A stretch of 63,953 bases of DNA from Octopus bimaculoides (GCF_001194135.2 NC_068993.1:2721829-2785781), one strand, 5' to 3'. Positions 13,214 to 27,343 are shown, numbered from the stretch's first letter. The notes: generated by a model from the sequence alone, not told the origin. Made by a program: numbers and translations.

Positions 13214-13421
13214 GGTTTCAAACTTTGGTACAAGGCCAGCAATTCTGCTGGATGTGTAAATCGATTACGTTGACCCAAGTGTTGAACTGGTTCTTAATTT
13301 ATCAACGTTGAAAGGATAAAAGGTAAAGTTGACCTTGGAAGAATTTGAACTCAGAATGTAAAGATGGATGAAATGAAGCATTTTGCTCAGTGTGCTAACG
13401 ATTCTGCCAGCTTGATGCCTT
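13214..13421 (-). mobile_element. Family B SINE
   Basis: gaatttgaactcagaatgtaaag...gctaacgattctgccagct; colinear with 55201-55414. Confidence 0.8.
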
Positions 13422-14559
13422 AGAGTTAGAAAAATACCACCAGGCATTTTATCAATACTCAAATAATTCTTCTAATTCGCTGTTTTTTGCTCACAACCAT
13501 AAGAATAACATCGTTTCCATTCTTTCCTTCTTCAGCCTCAAATGAAAATTAAGAGTTCACTCCATTGAAGTCTTCATTCCTAATGGCAAATGAACTTAAC
13601 AAACTCTTGTATGAAGTCTGCTATGAATGAATTATTTACTGAATCTCTGATGCATCACCAGTTTTCTTGGATTCTAGACTTCACCAAACGTTCACTGTGT
13701 AAATGTCTTAGCTGAAAGCGAAACTGAAATCTAGGTTGATTGTATCAGGTCATCAGGGTCTTGTTAGGTTTGCCTGGTGGTATTTGTTACCTATAAGACA
13801 ATAACAATGAAACAACATGAAACAACAAATGATAACAACAAAAACAACAACGACGATGCGGATGATGACAGCAATAACAATGATGATGACAACGATGATG
13901 ATGAGGATGATGATCAATAACAAGAATAATAACAATAATAATAAGAAGAATGTTTTGGTTTGTTTAATCCAAAAGATTTTGTGTTGCTGGAAGTGTGTAA
14001 GTGTATGTTGGTAGGATTTGGTTAATTTTTAATTAACTTTTGTAGATGTTGTTTTTATTAGATTTGTTTATTTGTTTATACTATTTCTTGATATTTTCAA
14101 TTGTTTCTGTTAATATCATTGATAAGAATCTTTGAAACATAATAAAACAAAACCAAAAAATATAACATATTTCAAGAAGGTGTTGGCGGCAGTTTGAGGG
14201 GGTGGTGGTGGTGGCAGAATGAATAATCATTTAAACAAAAAAAAAAGGAGAATTAATGAAAATAACAACGAAATAATTTAGAATATATTGGTTCTTTTTT
14301 GTCTTCCATGAAAAAGAAAAGAAGAAACAAAATAGATTTTTAAAAAGTACTAAAAATTGAAATGTTGATTGAGAGATGGCTATAACTGATAGACAATTGA
14401 AGCTAGATGACGGAGAGTGATTGAATGTAGAGATAAGAGAGAGAGAGAGAGAGGGAGAGTGAATATGTGTGAAAGGGAGAGTGAAGGAAAGAAAAAAGGC
14501 GAGCGGGGAAGAGGAAGACTTCAATCTAAATAAAAAATCTAATGAGTTTTATAGCTATG

Positions 14560-14942
14560 GACATTACAGTTGCCGATACTCTTTGAAATGTCATAGGAAT
14601 ACATCAACAATTTATATAAGTCTTCACTTTCTGTTCAGCAGTTTATCACAAACGATATTTCCATTGAACTGGTGATTTCAGAGTAATTCTTTTAGTAATT
14701 CTAAACAGTTTGCTAAATTGCCATGTATTTGTCTAGTACATTATTTCTTTCCTGGCATATTTCACATCCTGATGTATATATTAATTTCAAAGCACCCTGG
14801 CACATTATCCACGAAATCTATGCAAATGGATTGTAATTTGATTTTTTTTTCTTTTCTCAGCAATCTCATTTGCGATTCTTTTGCTGGCACTCATCAACTA
14901 ATTCTATTTGATAAAAGAAATATAAGTGCATTGGCAAAATGA
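14560..14942 (+). pseudogene. LRR remnant
   Basis: SSLSQTIFPLNW; FFPGIFHILMY; ICDSFAGTHQLILFDKRNISALAK, resembling DSFxGLxxLxxLDLxxNxISxL. Confidence 0.5.
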
Positions 14943-15119
14943 TATATACACACAAAGTTGTAAAGAGTACAGTGATATGTATGTGTGTGCATGTGTATGC
15001 GTGCATGCGTGTGTGTGTGTGTGTGTGTGTGTGTACACACATATTTGTATAAATACTATCAAAGTTCTATGATGACAACACTGATAGTTTTTTTATATCT
15101 CTACATTAATATTATAAGT

Positions 15120-15340
<221 letters not shown>

Positions 15341-15631
15341 TCATAAAAACAAACAAGTGACAATGACATCAAAGTTTCACCAAAGCTGGCTCATCAAACA
15401 GTATTAAATTGAAATAGATTACTCATGTATAAAGTCTGTGAGTGTGGAAAGCGGGAAGATTAATTGAAAGGGTGGGACAAAGTGGAAGATGAGGAAGTAA
15501 AAATTGAAGATTAGACTTAATGTATCGAAGTCAAACAATAGTGAAAGAGGAAATATGATTTGGTATGTGATGGAGAGATCATCATCAACACGTGTTGACA
15601 TCATCTTTGTCATTTAACATCCACATTTAAA

Positions 15632-15895
15632 CTGTCAAACCGTCAAACCCATACCAGCATGGAAAGTGGACGCGAAAAAATTATGATGATATTCCATACT
15701 GGCATGGGTTGGACAGTTTGAAAGAAATTGACAAGCTAGAGGACTCTGCTGAGCTTTGCTATATGAATTCATTTCATAGAAACCATGTCAAAGAAGACAT
15801 TTGACCATGACACAGTCCTCTGGCTTGTCAGCACCTGTCAAACAGTCCAACTCATGCCTGCATGGAAAACAGATGTTCAGTAATGATGATCAGGA
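15632..15895. mobile_element. Three RTE-tail fragments (+, -, +)
   Basis: tcaaaccgtcaaacccataccagcatggaa (15635-15664), its inverse (15692-15721), and tcaaacagtccaactcatgcctgcatggaa near 15838. Confidence 0.7.
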
Positions 15896-16129
15896 TGCTC
15901 ACAATTCCCTCTCTCTTATTTAATTGATAATTGAGTTAAAGGAGGAAAATATTCCCCAGTTTTTGCTTGCAGTAAATGATATGTTGTGGCCATTAAGTCT
16001 TTTACCTCTTGTGTAATTTATTCCAGGACATTTTACATTTTAGCATGTCTGATGTGTCATTTGTGTGTTAGTCCACCATGTCCCAAAGCAACTCTCCCAT
16101 GACAAACTCTGCCAGAGAAAGTACACTGT

Positions 16130-16240
16130 TATGGAGCCATAGTTTTTATGACTGGATGCCCTTCCTAATATGTCAACCACTCAACAGCATGGACTGGGTG
16201 CTATTTTTCCTGCTATCATCACTATTGAGGTCACCATGTG
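16130..16240 (-). mobile_element. RTE-tail family internal fragment
   Basis: gactggatgcccttcctaatatgtcaaccactc matches 693-725 and 63800-63830. Confidence 0.6.
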
Positions 16241-16465
16241 GTTCAAAGGCTTATGTGTCATGGGGTAAGTGAGAGGAGAGGTCAACTTCATGCTAGGGAT
16301 GAAGTTTTGTGTTTGGGGCTTATTAATCAGTAGACATCATTATTTTGATACATAAACATTAAATGTTAGGGATTCAGGACAATAGCCAAACAAAATTGTA
16401 CCCACGAAAGTGTGCTCGCAGGTTCAACAGATTAAATAACACATTCGACATAAACAATTGGTTTT

Positions 16466-16570
16466 CACCCTATCAACTATATTGACACACGACATGAAAT
16501 TGAGGAACTACCATATCTGATAGCAAACAGAAATTCCTGGCACAGCATTGTGAGAGGCATCTTGGTTGTA
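16466..16570 (+). mobile_element. RTE-like LINE ORF C-terminal remnant
   Basis: HPINYIDTRHEIEELPYLIANRNSWHSIVRGI resembles the RPxxTYID...EELxxxMxDRxxWRxxV end of RTE-group ORFs. Confidence 0.45.
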
Positions 16571-16960
16571 GGCCATTTGAAATATTGTGCTTGATATAAT
16601 GAACTCCATTGAATCTTCAAATCTGAGGACTTGTTCGTATGTATAAAATCAATATTGTGTTTAAAGCACAAAATATAAGTATATTAATTTTCCGCAGGTA
16701 ACAAAAACCCATAAATCTATGTTTCAAATGAGAATTGTCAGAGAATATATCGCAACTTTATCAAATAATTTTAATATTCTGCTTGGATATTAGAAATGGA
16801 AAACCCATGGAATTTCATTTACTTTGTTTAAATTGAATTTAGTATAATTTAATTTAATTTTTTAAATTCTTTCTCTTCAATTTTATATTTCAAACTTGAA
16901 AATATTTGAGATAATAGTTAACATAGAAATTTAAACTGCATTATAACAGCTTTTCATCTA

Positions 16961-17011
<51 letters not shown>

Positions 17012-17438
17012 TGTGTGTGTGTGTGTATATGTATGTATATGTATATATATATATATTCTGTATATATATTTATATTGCAACAGATTTATGGAAAGAGTAT
17101 CTGTGATTAAATAGCTCACACTCATACATACAGTACAAACATGTACATACAGATACACATGCATGTAGAAATATAGTAATACAGCATCTGTATTTATACT
17201 TGCATGTGTATGTATGTGTAGATGTTTTGAGACTGGAAGCCCTAATGAGATATAAATCACAACAAACATAATTCTAAAAATATTTAGCATTTATTTTTTA
17301 GCAAAACAATACAGTATACATTGATGTTGAAGAAATATTACTATAATTTCTAAATTGTCAGTAATGAAAGTTTATTATCTGTATGTAAAACACACACACA
17401 TTCAAATATACACCTGTGTATATATATGTATATATATA

Positions 17439-17516
<78 letters not shown>

Positions 17517-18419
17517 CATATGTGTATATACTTATATATGTATGTATTGATATATTTGTATGTATACATATATATGTATGTGTGTGNNNNNNNNNNNNNN
17601 NNNNNNNNNNNNNNNNNNNNNNNNNNNNNNNNNNNNNNNNNNNNNNNNNNNNNNNNNNNNNNNNNNNNNNNNNNNNNNNNNNNNNNNNNNNNNNNNNNNN
17701 NNNNNNNNNNNNNNNNNNNNNNNNNNNNNNNNNNNNNNNNNNNNNNNNNNNNNNNNNNNNNNNNNNNNNNNNNNNNNNNNNNNNNNNNNNNNNNNNNNNN
17801 NNNNNNNNNNNNNNNNNNNNNNNNNNNNNNNNNNNNNNNNNNNNNNNNNNNNNNNNNNNNNNNNNNNNNNNNNNNNNNNNNNNNNNNNNNNNNNNNNNNN
17901 NNNNNNNNNNNNNNNNNNNNNNNNNNNNNNNNNNNNNNNNNNNNNNNNNNNNNNNNNNNNNNNNNNNNNNNNNNNNNNNNNNNNNNNNNNNNNNNNNNNN
18001 NNNNNNNNNNNNNNNNNNNNNNNNNNNNNNNNNNNNNNNNNNNNNNNNNNNNNNNNNNNNNNNNNNNNNNNNNNNNNNNNNNNNNNNNNNACGGAGACAA
18101 GGAGAAAAACACGGAGAAAAAAATTGAATTGTGTTCAGTCAGCGGTCAATCATAATAATGGCTGACCGGAAGTTAGAAATTCTTTTTTCAGGAGAGCTAA
18201 GAAAAGGGGGAGATAGAGACGGTAGGTGAAGGAAAGTAAAGGTAAAAATAAAGATGATAAAGGAGGTTTACAAAAGTGGAAAAGTTCAAAAGTTCAAAAG
18301 TTTTTTAGACATCGTGGTATATTGAAGCAATTTCCAATCAGAAGATGGGTCCAGTGTAATCCGTGGGTAGGAGAGGTGCAGCCGGAGGGTATAAAGTTCA
18401 GAATCAAACAGTCCAGAAA

Positions 18420-18536
18420 TATCTACATACACACATATATTCATATATGTATGTATATATAAATACATATATACACACACATACACACATATATATATAT
18501 ATATGTATGTATATATATATATATATATATATATAA

Positions 18537-18599
<63 letters not shown>

Positions 18600-18785
18600 G
18601 TTTCTGAGATGAGCTTTTGAGAGAGAGAGAGTGAGAAAGAGAGAGAGAGTGAGAGAGATAGAGAGTGAGTGTGAGAGAGAGAGAGAGAGAGAAAGAGAAA
18701 GAGACAGGCAGACAGAAAAAGAGAGAAAAAGAGAAGAATGAAATTGGTTAAGAAAAGTTGTTTGAACTCTTAAGTAAATTAAGGT

Positions 18786-18841
<56 letters not shown>

Positions 18842-19003
18842 AAAAATGATGATGATGACGACACTATATAATTATTACCACATTCCAAACAGTGTCTTCA
18901 AATAAATACATAGAAATGCAGTTTGATGTAGATCAAAGTCAGATGCAGGTGATAATGCAGCAGGTAACATTGTTGAGAAAACAATGTTTTATATATATAT
19001 ATA

Positions 19004-19095
<92 letters not shown>
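18420..19095. repeat. (AT)n, (AG)n, (GAT)n and a long (AT)n microsatellite cluster
   Basis: Direct inspection. Confidence 0.95.
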
Positions 19096-19097
<2 letters not shown>

Positions 19098-19102
19098 TGT
19101 AT

Positions 19103-19258
19103 AGACATGGATATGGCTGTGTTGTTATGGAGTTCATTGGCAACCAAATGGTTTCTGGTTTAGTCTCACTGCTTGACACCTTGGACACATCTCTTCAGGG
19201 CTGACTGATGCTTTCTAAGTGGATACAGCAGATGGAAAATGTGTGCAAGCTTGTTATA
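19103..19258 (+). mobile_element. Family C SINE head, strongly diverged
   Basis: atggctgtgttgtt...ggcaaccaaatggtttctggtttagtctcactgc...caccttggacacatctct. Confidence 0.6.
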
Positions 19259-20989
19259 TATATAATATACATGTGCACATCTTCGGAACGCCTAGTTTAG
19301 AATAGAGGCAGCTGATGAAGGAAAAGTTCCATAAGTGGCTGTCTGTTTTCCTATGTGTTCGTTCTGTTGTCTGTAAAAAAAAAAAGTCTGTTTTTGTGCT
19401 CAAAGCTAATACCACCTGATTTGAATATAATGCAAGATGAAGACAAATATCCATCAAATGTAAATAATGTAAATAAAGTTATTAATCCATTGAAAAATTT
19501 GTAAATCATGTTACTATTTTTCATCAAATTGCAATATTAAAATAAAGACATAAATAAATGAATTTATCATGAAAATGTTTATGACCTATATTCAAGAATC
19601 TGAAATCATAGCGAAGAAAATTTTCGGTTCAGAATCACAGACTATGGTTAATAATCCACTCAAACTTTACAACACTTGATGCCAGACTGTTGTATCTGTA
19701 AACATATTCCGAACTTAAATGTAAATTCTTGCAAAACTTTTTCTATTTAATTTTTATTGATGCTTGTTAAACTAAGACTAATCTGTAAATATATATATGT
19801 AGATACATGTGTGTGTGTGTGTGTGTTCAACAAGCTTTCCTCATTTTCTATTCCAATTATATATTAGACTGTATAACTAACGTGTAAATCTAAAGTAAAT
19901 TGTAAACTATATATGTTGTGATTACAAGGTATCCTGGCTCTATGCTATTGAATCCAATATTAACGACCATGATAACCCTGTTGATACGGCATTAACTTCA
20001 AAGAAAAATGCTTCCATCTTGTGAGTCATGAAAACTGCTTATATGCATTAATTAGTTGGTTTCTTCTCAGCAGCATTGATCTAACAGAATCTCAGAGGTC
20101 TTTGCTTTACGTATTGGCACAAATCGCACTAATGCACAATTTTATGGAAGAAAACTTAATATTCTATTAATCTAGAAGATGAAGTGATGTGCACTTAATA
20201 CAGTGTGACAAAGTACGCATTTGAAAATCCATTAATATTTGTGCATTTTGCAACATTTACGCATTTTAACATTATGTTAATTTTGCATTTACTACAAGTT
20301 GTGATGATACAATCTCACAAATATATCATTGTATTGTTGGTAACCTGAAGGAATTTTGAAATAAAATTCTTCCTCATTTTTTTGCATTTACTTATTTATT
20401 AATTATATACTTTCATTCCATTTACATGATATTTTGGTGCTAGGTGACGGGAATTTTACATCAAATAACTTTTTTGGTTTGTTGTTTTCACTTCTTTTGT
20501 AACTTTGAAATTCAAATTGAAGAAATAAAAATATTTCCATAAATAGAAATTAGGATTGAAAAAAAAAAGATAAAAATGTCGCAAAGTTAAGCAAATTAAT
20601 TAAAAAAAAAAATATCCAGAAACTTGAACCAAAACTTGAAACGAAATTTAATTTAAAATGAAAATAATGAAATTCAAAGAGAAATCAATAAAAATTTCAG
20701 TATTTTGAAAGTGAATATTTCTATTAAGGTTCAAATTTTCATTTAACACCCACCAACAACTAGTTTCAAATGAGTTTTCATTTAATTATTCAAAATCACA
20801 AATTCTTCAAACGTTCAGCTTCTACATTGCTATTGATATTTGATCTGCTAGAAATAGCAGCTAAATCTTCTTATACTACCTTAAAAAAGAAAAAGGACGT
20901 TTTGGATAATGTAGTCCTAGATACACATGAGAGGAAATGCAAAAGTTGAAGGTGAGGAAAAAATCTCCAAGAAGTCGTAAAACAAAATG

Positions 20990-21245
20990 GATGTTGCACG
21001 GTTGGCATGGTAATAACTGCACTCAGTTTGGTGCAGTGACTGCGTAAATTGCAGGATGAGAAAAAAATTGTCATAGCGAGGGTGAAAAGAATTTGGACAT
21101 TATCAGGTAACATCAATGGTAATTGGTACCGTTAGAGGAATAATAGTGTTAGAAGATGTAAGAATCTCAGTAAATGGAAGTCGACATGTCTGGGAATGCT
21201 CTGTACTGCAAACTGTATGAAGAACGGACATTAAACTATGATGAT
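20990..21245 (+). mobile_element. Probable RTE 3' remnant
   Basis: Contains RLAW-like and VKRIW-like peptides, and the end gaagaacggacattaaactatgatgatg resembles the RTE-tail end at 577-600 on the minus strand. Confidence 0.35.
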
Positions 21246-21996
21246 GGATGTGATGACATGACAGTGATGGTGGTCATGAGGGTGATGATGATGACGATGA
21301 TGATGATGATGATGTTGATGTTATGATGGTGGTGGTAGTGGTAATGAGGAGGTTAGTGGTGGAGATGTTGGTGGTGCAAGAGATGATGGTGATGATGATG
21401 TTTGTATAAAAGTCAAGATGGTCATGGATAGAATGTCTGAGGGCTGAGTAGGGGTTAATTAGTAATAACAATGCCTCAAATCTTTTGCCATTAATATGAA
21501 TATATGCTCTCAGAGTGTAAAATATTGTAAAAAGACCATTCAAACACACAAACTAAAAAAAAAAAAAAATGTATCACAAATTATTTGATTTCAGAATTAC
21601 TTCCCTTTTGTTTCTCAATGAAAATTTTCATTAACACTGATGACAGTATTTTATCTTCATTAAAGGTAATTTTAATTGATAAAAAAATTAGGCTCATTCC
21701 ATTGAATACATTAGTTCGCATTTTAGTATAAAAGTGGCAACAGTTATTCTAAGTGATGAATTGCATCACATGAAGAATATGAATTGTATCCTTTCAAAGC
21801 AATTTTTATAGACCATTCTTATTTGGTTGCATGGAACCATTATTTTGTCAGGGATAAAACTGGTTCATACAACCAAAAACTAGCAACAACCATCAACTTC
21901 CATGGCCACCATGTATATATGTGCATGTTCATATCCCACATGTACAAAAACATGTGGTTCATAAATTGCATTACTTGCACATATCTGCATTTCCAG

Positions 21997-22031
21997 ATGG
22001 CAGTGTGAAGAAAGCCATTGTCAACGACAAT
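21997..22031 (+). other. Candidate short exon (35 nt)
   Basis: ctgcatttccag|ATGGCAGTG...GACAAT|gtaagt has a canonical acceptor and donor. Two frames are open (DGSVKKAIVNDN or WQCEESHCQRQ). Confidence 0.35.
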
Positions 22032-22365
22032 GTAAGTTTAAAAAGATAAATCTAATCTCTACATGGTTACATTCAGATTTTCTAATTGTTAATCAACTTG
22101 ACTGTTTCATAAATTAAATTTTTTCTTCATGATTTGATAATCTGTAACTTTTACAGACCAATCTTTTTCATGTGAAGAATTCTTTTCAGATAAACTGCTG
22201 CCAGTTTTAAAGTAAAGTGTAAACTAACGCAATAAGTCTATCAACTTTTTTGATCAGTTCGAATTACACTTGTATTTTATTTAATCTGTTCAATCATTTA
22301 TCACACCTGAGTGCAATATCTGCTTACTGTTGTGCATGCATCACTTAGATGTTGCTTCAGTCTAG

Positions 22366-22424
22366 GCATCACATCACCTGACCATGACCTTGGTTCCAAA
22401 AGCCCTGTTTCTCAACACTGCAAG
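22366..22424 (+). other. Candidate short exon (59 nt)
   Basis: cttcagtctag|GCATCACA...CACTGCAAG|gtgagt reads ITSPDHDLGSKSPVSQHCK and is phase-compatible with the WQCEE frame of 21997-22031. Confidence 0.3.
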
Positions 22425-22776
22425 GTGAGTGACAGGTAACAAGTTGTAAATTCAAAGTACCGTGAACCTGAAGAGATACTCCAAAACAGCTTCTCCTATT
22501 CTCTTTACTTCCATCAATCTCATACACTGGATTGGTCCATTAAATATCAACCCCCACCAAATTTCATTAAACAAGACTTCTATAATATCTTTCAGGTAGA
22601 ATTTACCCTTCAGCTTAATTATCATTGAACAGAACTCCAATTATCCTGGAAAAAAAAATACTAGACACCATATAAAGCCAAGATTAATTCAAATGGTCCG
22701 CAGTTTAACAAGGGGTAAGCAGACCAAAACTTCAAAGTCACTGTCAGCACTATTTTTGTAAAAGACATACATACAA

Positions 22777-22816
<40 letters not shown>

Positions 22817-24044
22817 NNNNNNNNNNNNNNNNNNNNNNNNNNNNNNNNNNNNNNNNNNNNNNNNNNNNNNNNNNNNNNNNNNNNNNNNNNNNNNNNNNNN
22901 NNNNNNNNNNNNNNNNNNNNNNNNNNNNNNNNNNNNNNNNNNNNNNNNNNNNNNNNNNNNNNNNNNNNNNNNNNNNNNNNNNNNNNNNNNNNNNNNNNNN
23001 NNNNNNNNNNNNNNNNNNNNNNNNNNNNNNNNNNNNNNNNNNNNNNNNNNNNNNNNNNNNNNNNNNNNNNNNNNNNNNNNNNNNNNNNNNNNNNNNNNNN
23101 NNNNNNNNNNNNNNNNNNNNNNNNNNNNNNNNNNNNNNNNNNNNNNNNNNNNNNNNNNNNNNNNNNNNNNNNNNNNNNNNNNNNNNNNNNNNNNNNNNNN
23201 NNNNNNNNNNNNNNNNNNNNNNNNNNNNNNNNNNNNNNNNNNNNNNNNNNNNNNNNNNNNNNNNNNNNNNNNNNNNNNNNNNNNNNNNNNNNNNNNNNNN
23301 NNNNNNNNNNNNNNNNNNNNNNNNNNNNNNNNNNNNNNNNNNNNNNNNNNNNNNNNNNNNNNNNNNNNNNNNNNNNNNNNNNNNNNNNNNNNNNNNNNNN
23401 NNNNNNNNNNNNNNNNNNNNNNNNNNNNNNNNNNNNNNNNNNNNNNNNNNNNNNNNNNNNNNNNNNNNNNNNNNNNNNNNNNNNNNNNNNNNNNNNNNNN
23501 NNNNNNNNNNNNNNNNNNNNNNNNNNNNNNNNNNNNNNNNNNNNNNNNNNNNNNNNNNNNNNNNNNNNNNNNNNNNNNNNNNNNNNNNNNNNNNNNNNNN
23601 NNNNNNNNNNNNNNNNNNNNNNNNNNNNNNNNNNNNNNNNNNNNNNNNNNNNNNNNNNNNNNNNNNNNNNNNNNNNNNNNNNNNNNNNNNNNNNNNNNNN
23701 NNNNNNNNNNNNNNATATATATACATATATATATACATATACACATGTATCTATGTATCTATGTATCTATGCACACAGATATTTCCACTATCTTTTTATT
23801 AGATAAACTCTCTGTCCTTCCTCTCTCTGTCCTTCCTCTCTCTGTCCGTCCTTCCTCTCTCAGTGTCAATATTTTCTGTCTTTCTGGTTGTAATTACTTT
23901 CCCTCTCTCATGTACGTCTATGTATGTGCATGTGTGTGTGCATATACATACACATATATACATATATGTATGTACGCTTATGAATATATATTTACCTATA
24001 AATATATGTGTAATTATAGTTCTAAGTATACATGTACCTATCTG

Positions 24045-24081
<37 letters not shown>

Positions 24082-24336
24082 TTGTTCTCTCTCTTTATCC
24101 AGCCTTATCTCCTAATCTTTCTTTTCCATTTCCTTCCTATTTACATTTATTATCTTATTGCTGGTAGAAACTAATGAAAACATGAGTAAATAGACATATC
24201 TGTGTATACACTCATATGTATATATATGTGTGTTTGTGTGTGCGTGCATGTGTGTATAATATAATATATAATATAATACATATACATATATATATACATA
24301 AAATGTAATATAAATATGTATATATATGTGTGCATG

Positions 24337-24369
<33 letters not shown>

Positions 24370-25059
24370 AGATACACCTATATATACATATACATGCATG
24401 TATGTATATATATACACATATATGGATGTGTGTATATAACTAAACACACACACACACGCATACATATATATGTACAAACATTCATATTCATATACATGTT
24501 TTCATATATATATACATAAAATGTAATATAAATATGTATATATATGTGTGCATGNNNNNNNNNNNNNNNNNNNNNNNNNNNNNNNNNNNNNNNNNNNNNN
24601 NNNNNNNNNNNNNNNNNNNNNNNNNNNNNNNNNNNNNNNNNNNNNNNNNNNNNNNNNNNNNNNNNNNNNNNNNNNNNNNNNNNNNNNNNNNNNNNNNNNN
24701 NNNNNNNNNNNNNNNNNNNNNNNNNNNNNNNNNNNNNNNNNNNNNNNNNNNNNNNNNNNNNNNNNNNNNNNNNNNNNNNNNNNNNNNNNNNNNNNNNNNN
24801 NNNNNNNNNNNNNNNNNNNNNNNNNNNNNNNNNNNNNNNNNNNNNNNNNNNNNNNNNNNNNNNNNNNNNNNNNNNNNNNNNNNNNNNNNNNNNNNNNNNN
24901 NNNNNNNNNNNNNNNNNNNNNNNNNNNNNNNNNNNNNNNNNNNNNNNNNNNNNNNNNNNNNNNNNNNNNNNNNNNNNNNNNNNNNNNNNNNNNNNNNNNN
25001 NNNNNNNNNNNNNNNNNNNNNNNNNNNNNNNNNNNNNNNNNNNNNNNNNNNNNNNNNNN

Positions 25060-25106
<47 letters not shown>

Positions 25107-26225
25107 GTTTGTATATATATGTGTGTGTATGTGTATATATATATGCATGTATACTTGTGCATATATATATGTACACACACACACATGTATATATGTATGT
25201 ATATATACATATATATCTTAGATATTCACATGCGAATACATGAATCTTTTCAATTTTATATTGCACAGCAAAGTAATAAAATGCTTGTGAAATAAAATGG
25301 AATATATATTTAATAGCTCCTTCCTATAGTTTCAGAATATTAAAATGATAAAAAGTTTCCAACTTAATAACTAGAAATTGTCCACTGAAGAAGCCTGCCT
25401 GAGGGCACATGTTAAACAGTTATTATCATGTTTAGGACCGAGATTCCATCGTTGGCCAAGTTCAATGCAAAACCTGTATAGCCACTTATTACCAGAAAGA
25501 CTTCATCAGTGTTGTTTAGCCCCAGGACAGACTTGATTGAGAAGACTTATGATAAAATATATTCCAGCTGGGAGCATATATTATTTTTATTCTCTCACAA
25601 TATCTGTTTGCTCCTGGTACATTTTCTGTTTTCTCTTTTTGTTGAATATGATGTGGTAGGATTTTTAGTATAATTCAACTGCTATTTCTAATAGACAGAT
25701 TCTAGATAGATGTTTCATTATCTTTTTTTTTTTAACCTTTAATAGCATAGCAAGCCCCCACCCCCTGCTGCATTTTGAACCATAACTCTCAAAGTTTTCT
25801 CAGTTCAGAATCACAATTTAATGTATGTCCATAGAAAGAAAAATATGACAATGAAAGTTATTAATGTTTATGTGAATAAAATTCAACCAATTTGCACTGA
25901 CTGACTTATTAATGAGAGTGGAGATGGCAAACATCAAAGGTGGTGGGTTTCCCCACCAAACAGTCTGGTCAAAGAACTTAGAAGCTGGCTTAGGGTTATA
26001 AAAGCTTCCAATTCAGCTTTGGACCAGAGAGTCACTCAGCCATTTAGAGGAATGTATGTCACTGGTGCCAGTGAGTTAGTTTCTCCCAAACTCTTTCACT
26101 TTTTATTTTTATTTAACATGTTTATGCCATACTTAACAAGAAGCACCAACCTTAACTTGTAGAATCAAGTAATTTATATTAATTATGTGCAGCAATTTAA
26201 ACACCCTGCTCTGCTTTTTAATATT

Positions 26226-26412
26226 GATTTCAAATTTTAGCACAGGGTCAGGAATTTGAGGGGAGGAGGTAAGTCAATTAAATCGATCCCAGTGCGTAAC
26301 TGGTATTCATTTTATTTACCCCCAAAAGGATGAAAGGTAAAGATGATCTTGGCGGAATTTGAACCAAGGCCATAAAGACAGATGAAATACTGCCAAGCTT
26401 TTTGCCCAGTTT
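26226..26412 (-). mobile_element. Family B SINE, 5'-eroded
   Basis: aactggtattcattttattt...aaaaggatgaaaggtaaagatgatcttggcggaatttgaacc. Confidence 0.75.
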
Positions 26413-27301
26413 ACCATCTGAGCAAAGGTTTCTTAATATTATCCAGCAAATTGTATTACAGACGATTCCTAAATGTTCTGTTTGTTCAACTTTGTTCCAT
26501 TAATTCACTGGATGTACACTTATAAATATAACGATGTGGGTTAATGAAATGTTTGAAAAACTCAATTAAACTTTAGTGTAGTCATTGCCTTCACAAACAA
26601 CTTATCTAACACTGGGAAGAAACTAATAATGGCTAACAGACACACTGGAAAGTCTTCTTTTTTTTTCTATAATTGATGGTTGCTCTTGAAGGCATTCTGC
26701 CTGAGGAAAGGAAAGACAAAAGAAAACAAAAAAACATTTGGCTGACAGCAACAATAACAGTAGCAACAACTACTTTAGACTTGAAAAGTATGGCTGTAAC
26801 TACTGTTGCTCGCAGACTATCACTCATCATAGCTCTCAGAATTGTGATAATGGAAACTAAGCAAATTACTTTGAATTTGATTGAGCCAAAATGCTGGATA
26901 TCCAGGATGTGCTTCTTGCTCACCATAGAATCATTCACAGGTCATAATCAGTACTGTTAGTAGTAATATCCTCCAAACAGACACCATCATGCAGTGATGA
27001 GGAAGAGACAGACACAACAGACATGGAAGAAAAATCAGGGCAGTAAAAACAAGGAAGAAAAATTTTTAAATGAGCTTAGACTAGGAGTAGGGAGGAGTCT
27101 GGAAGAAGTGTCTATTTGTTCTATATTCATTGCTCTTCAAATTGCCAATTGTAGTTAAAGGTTGAGCTAAAATCCTGAACAAAAACAAAAGGAATATTGT
27201 GCTTTTGGAGTTGATAAATTAAGTACCAATGAAACAATGGGGTCAATTAAATTGACTGGTTCTCTCTCACCAAATTTTCAGCCTGTGCTATAATAGAAAG
27301 G

Positions 27302-27343
<42 letters not shown>

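Noticed and set aside
18138-18173. Short nested inverted repeats plus an ETS-like CCGGAAGT motif
   Set aside because: 6-bp arms and a single motif next to a gap are within chance expectation; no promoter evidence.
19306-19350. GGCAG-CUGAUGA-A-GGAA...UUCC with a possible stem I
   Set aside because: The segment that should be GAAA..UH reads AUAAGUGG, which is too divergent.
20199-20215. TA-CAGTGTGAC Tc1-like terminus
   Set aside because: No matching opposite TIR or transposase remnant was found.
25381-25420. Hammerhead-like CUGAAGA-A-GCC...GGC-ACAUGU
   Set aside because: The GAAA core is missing and stem I is not supported. It could be a dead relic but cannot be called.
26673-27046. 95-aa ORF and an acidic SDEEETD stretch
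   Set aside because: No recognisable family, and the other frames are closed.
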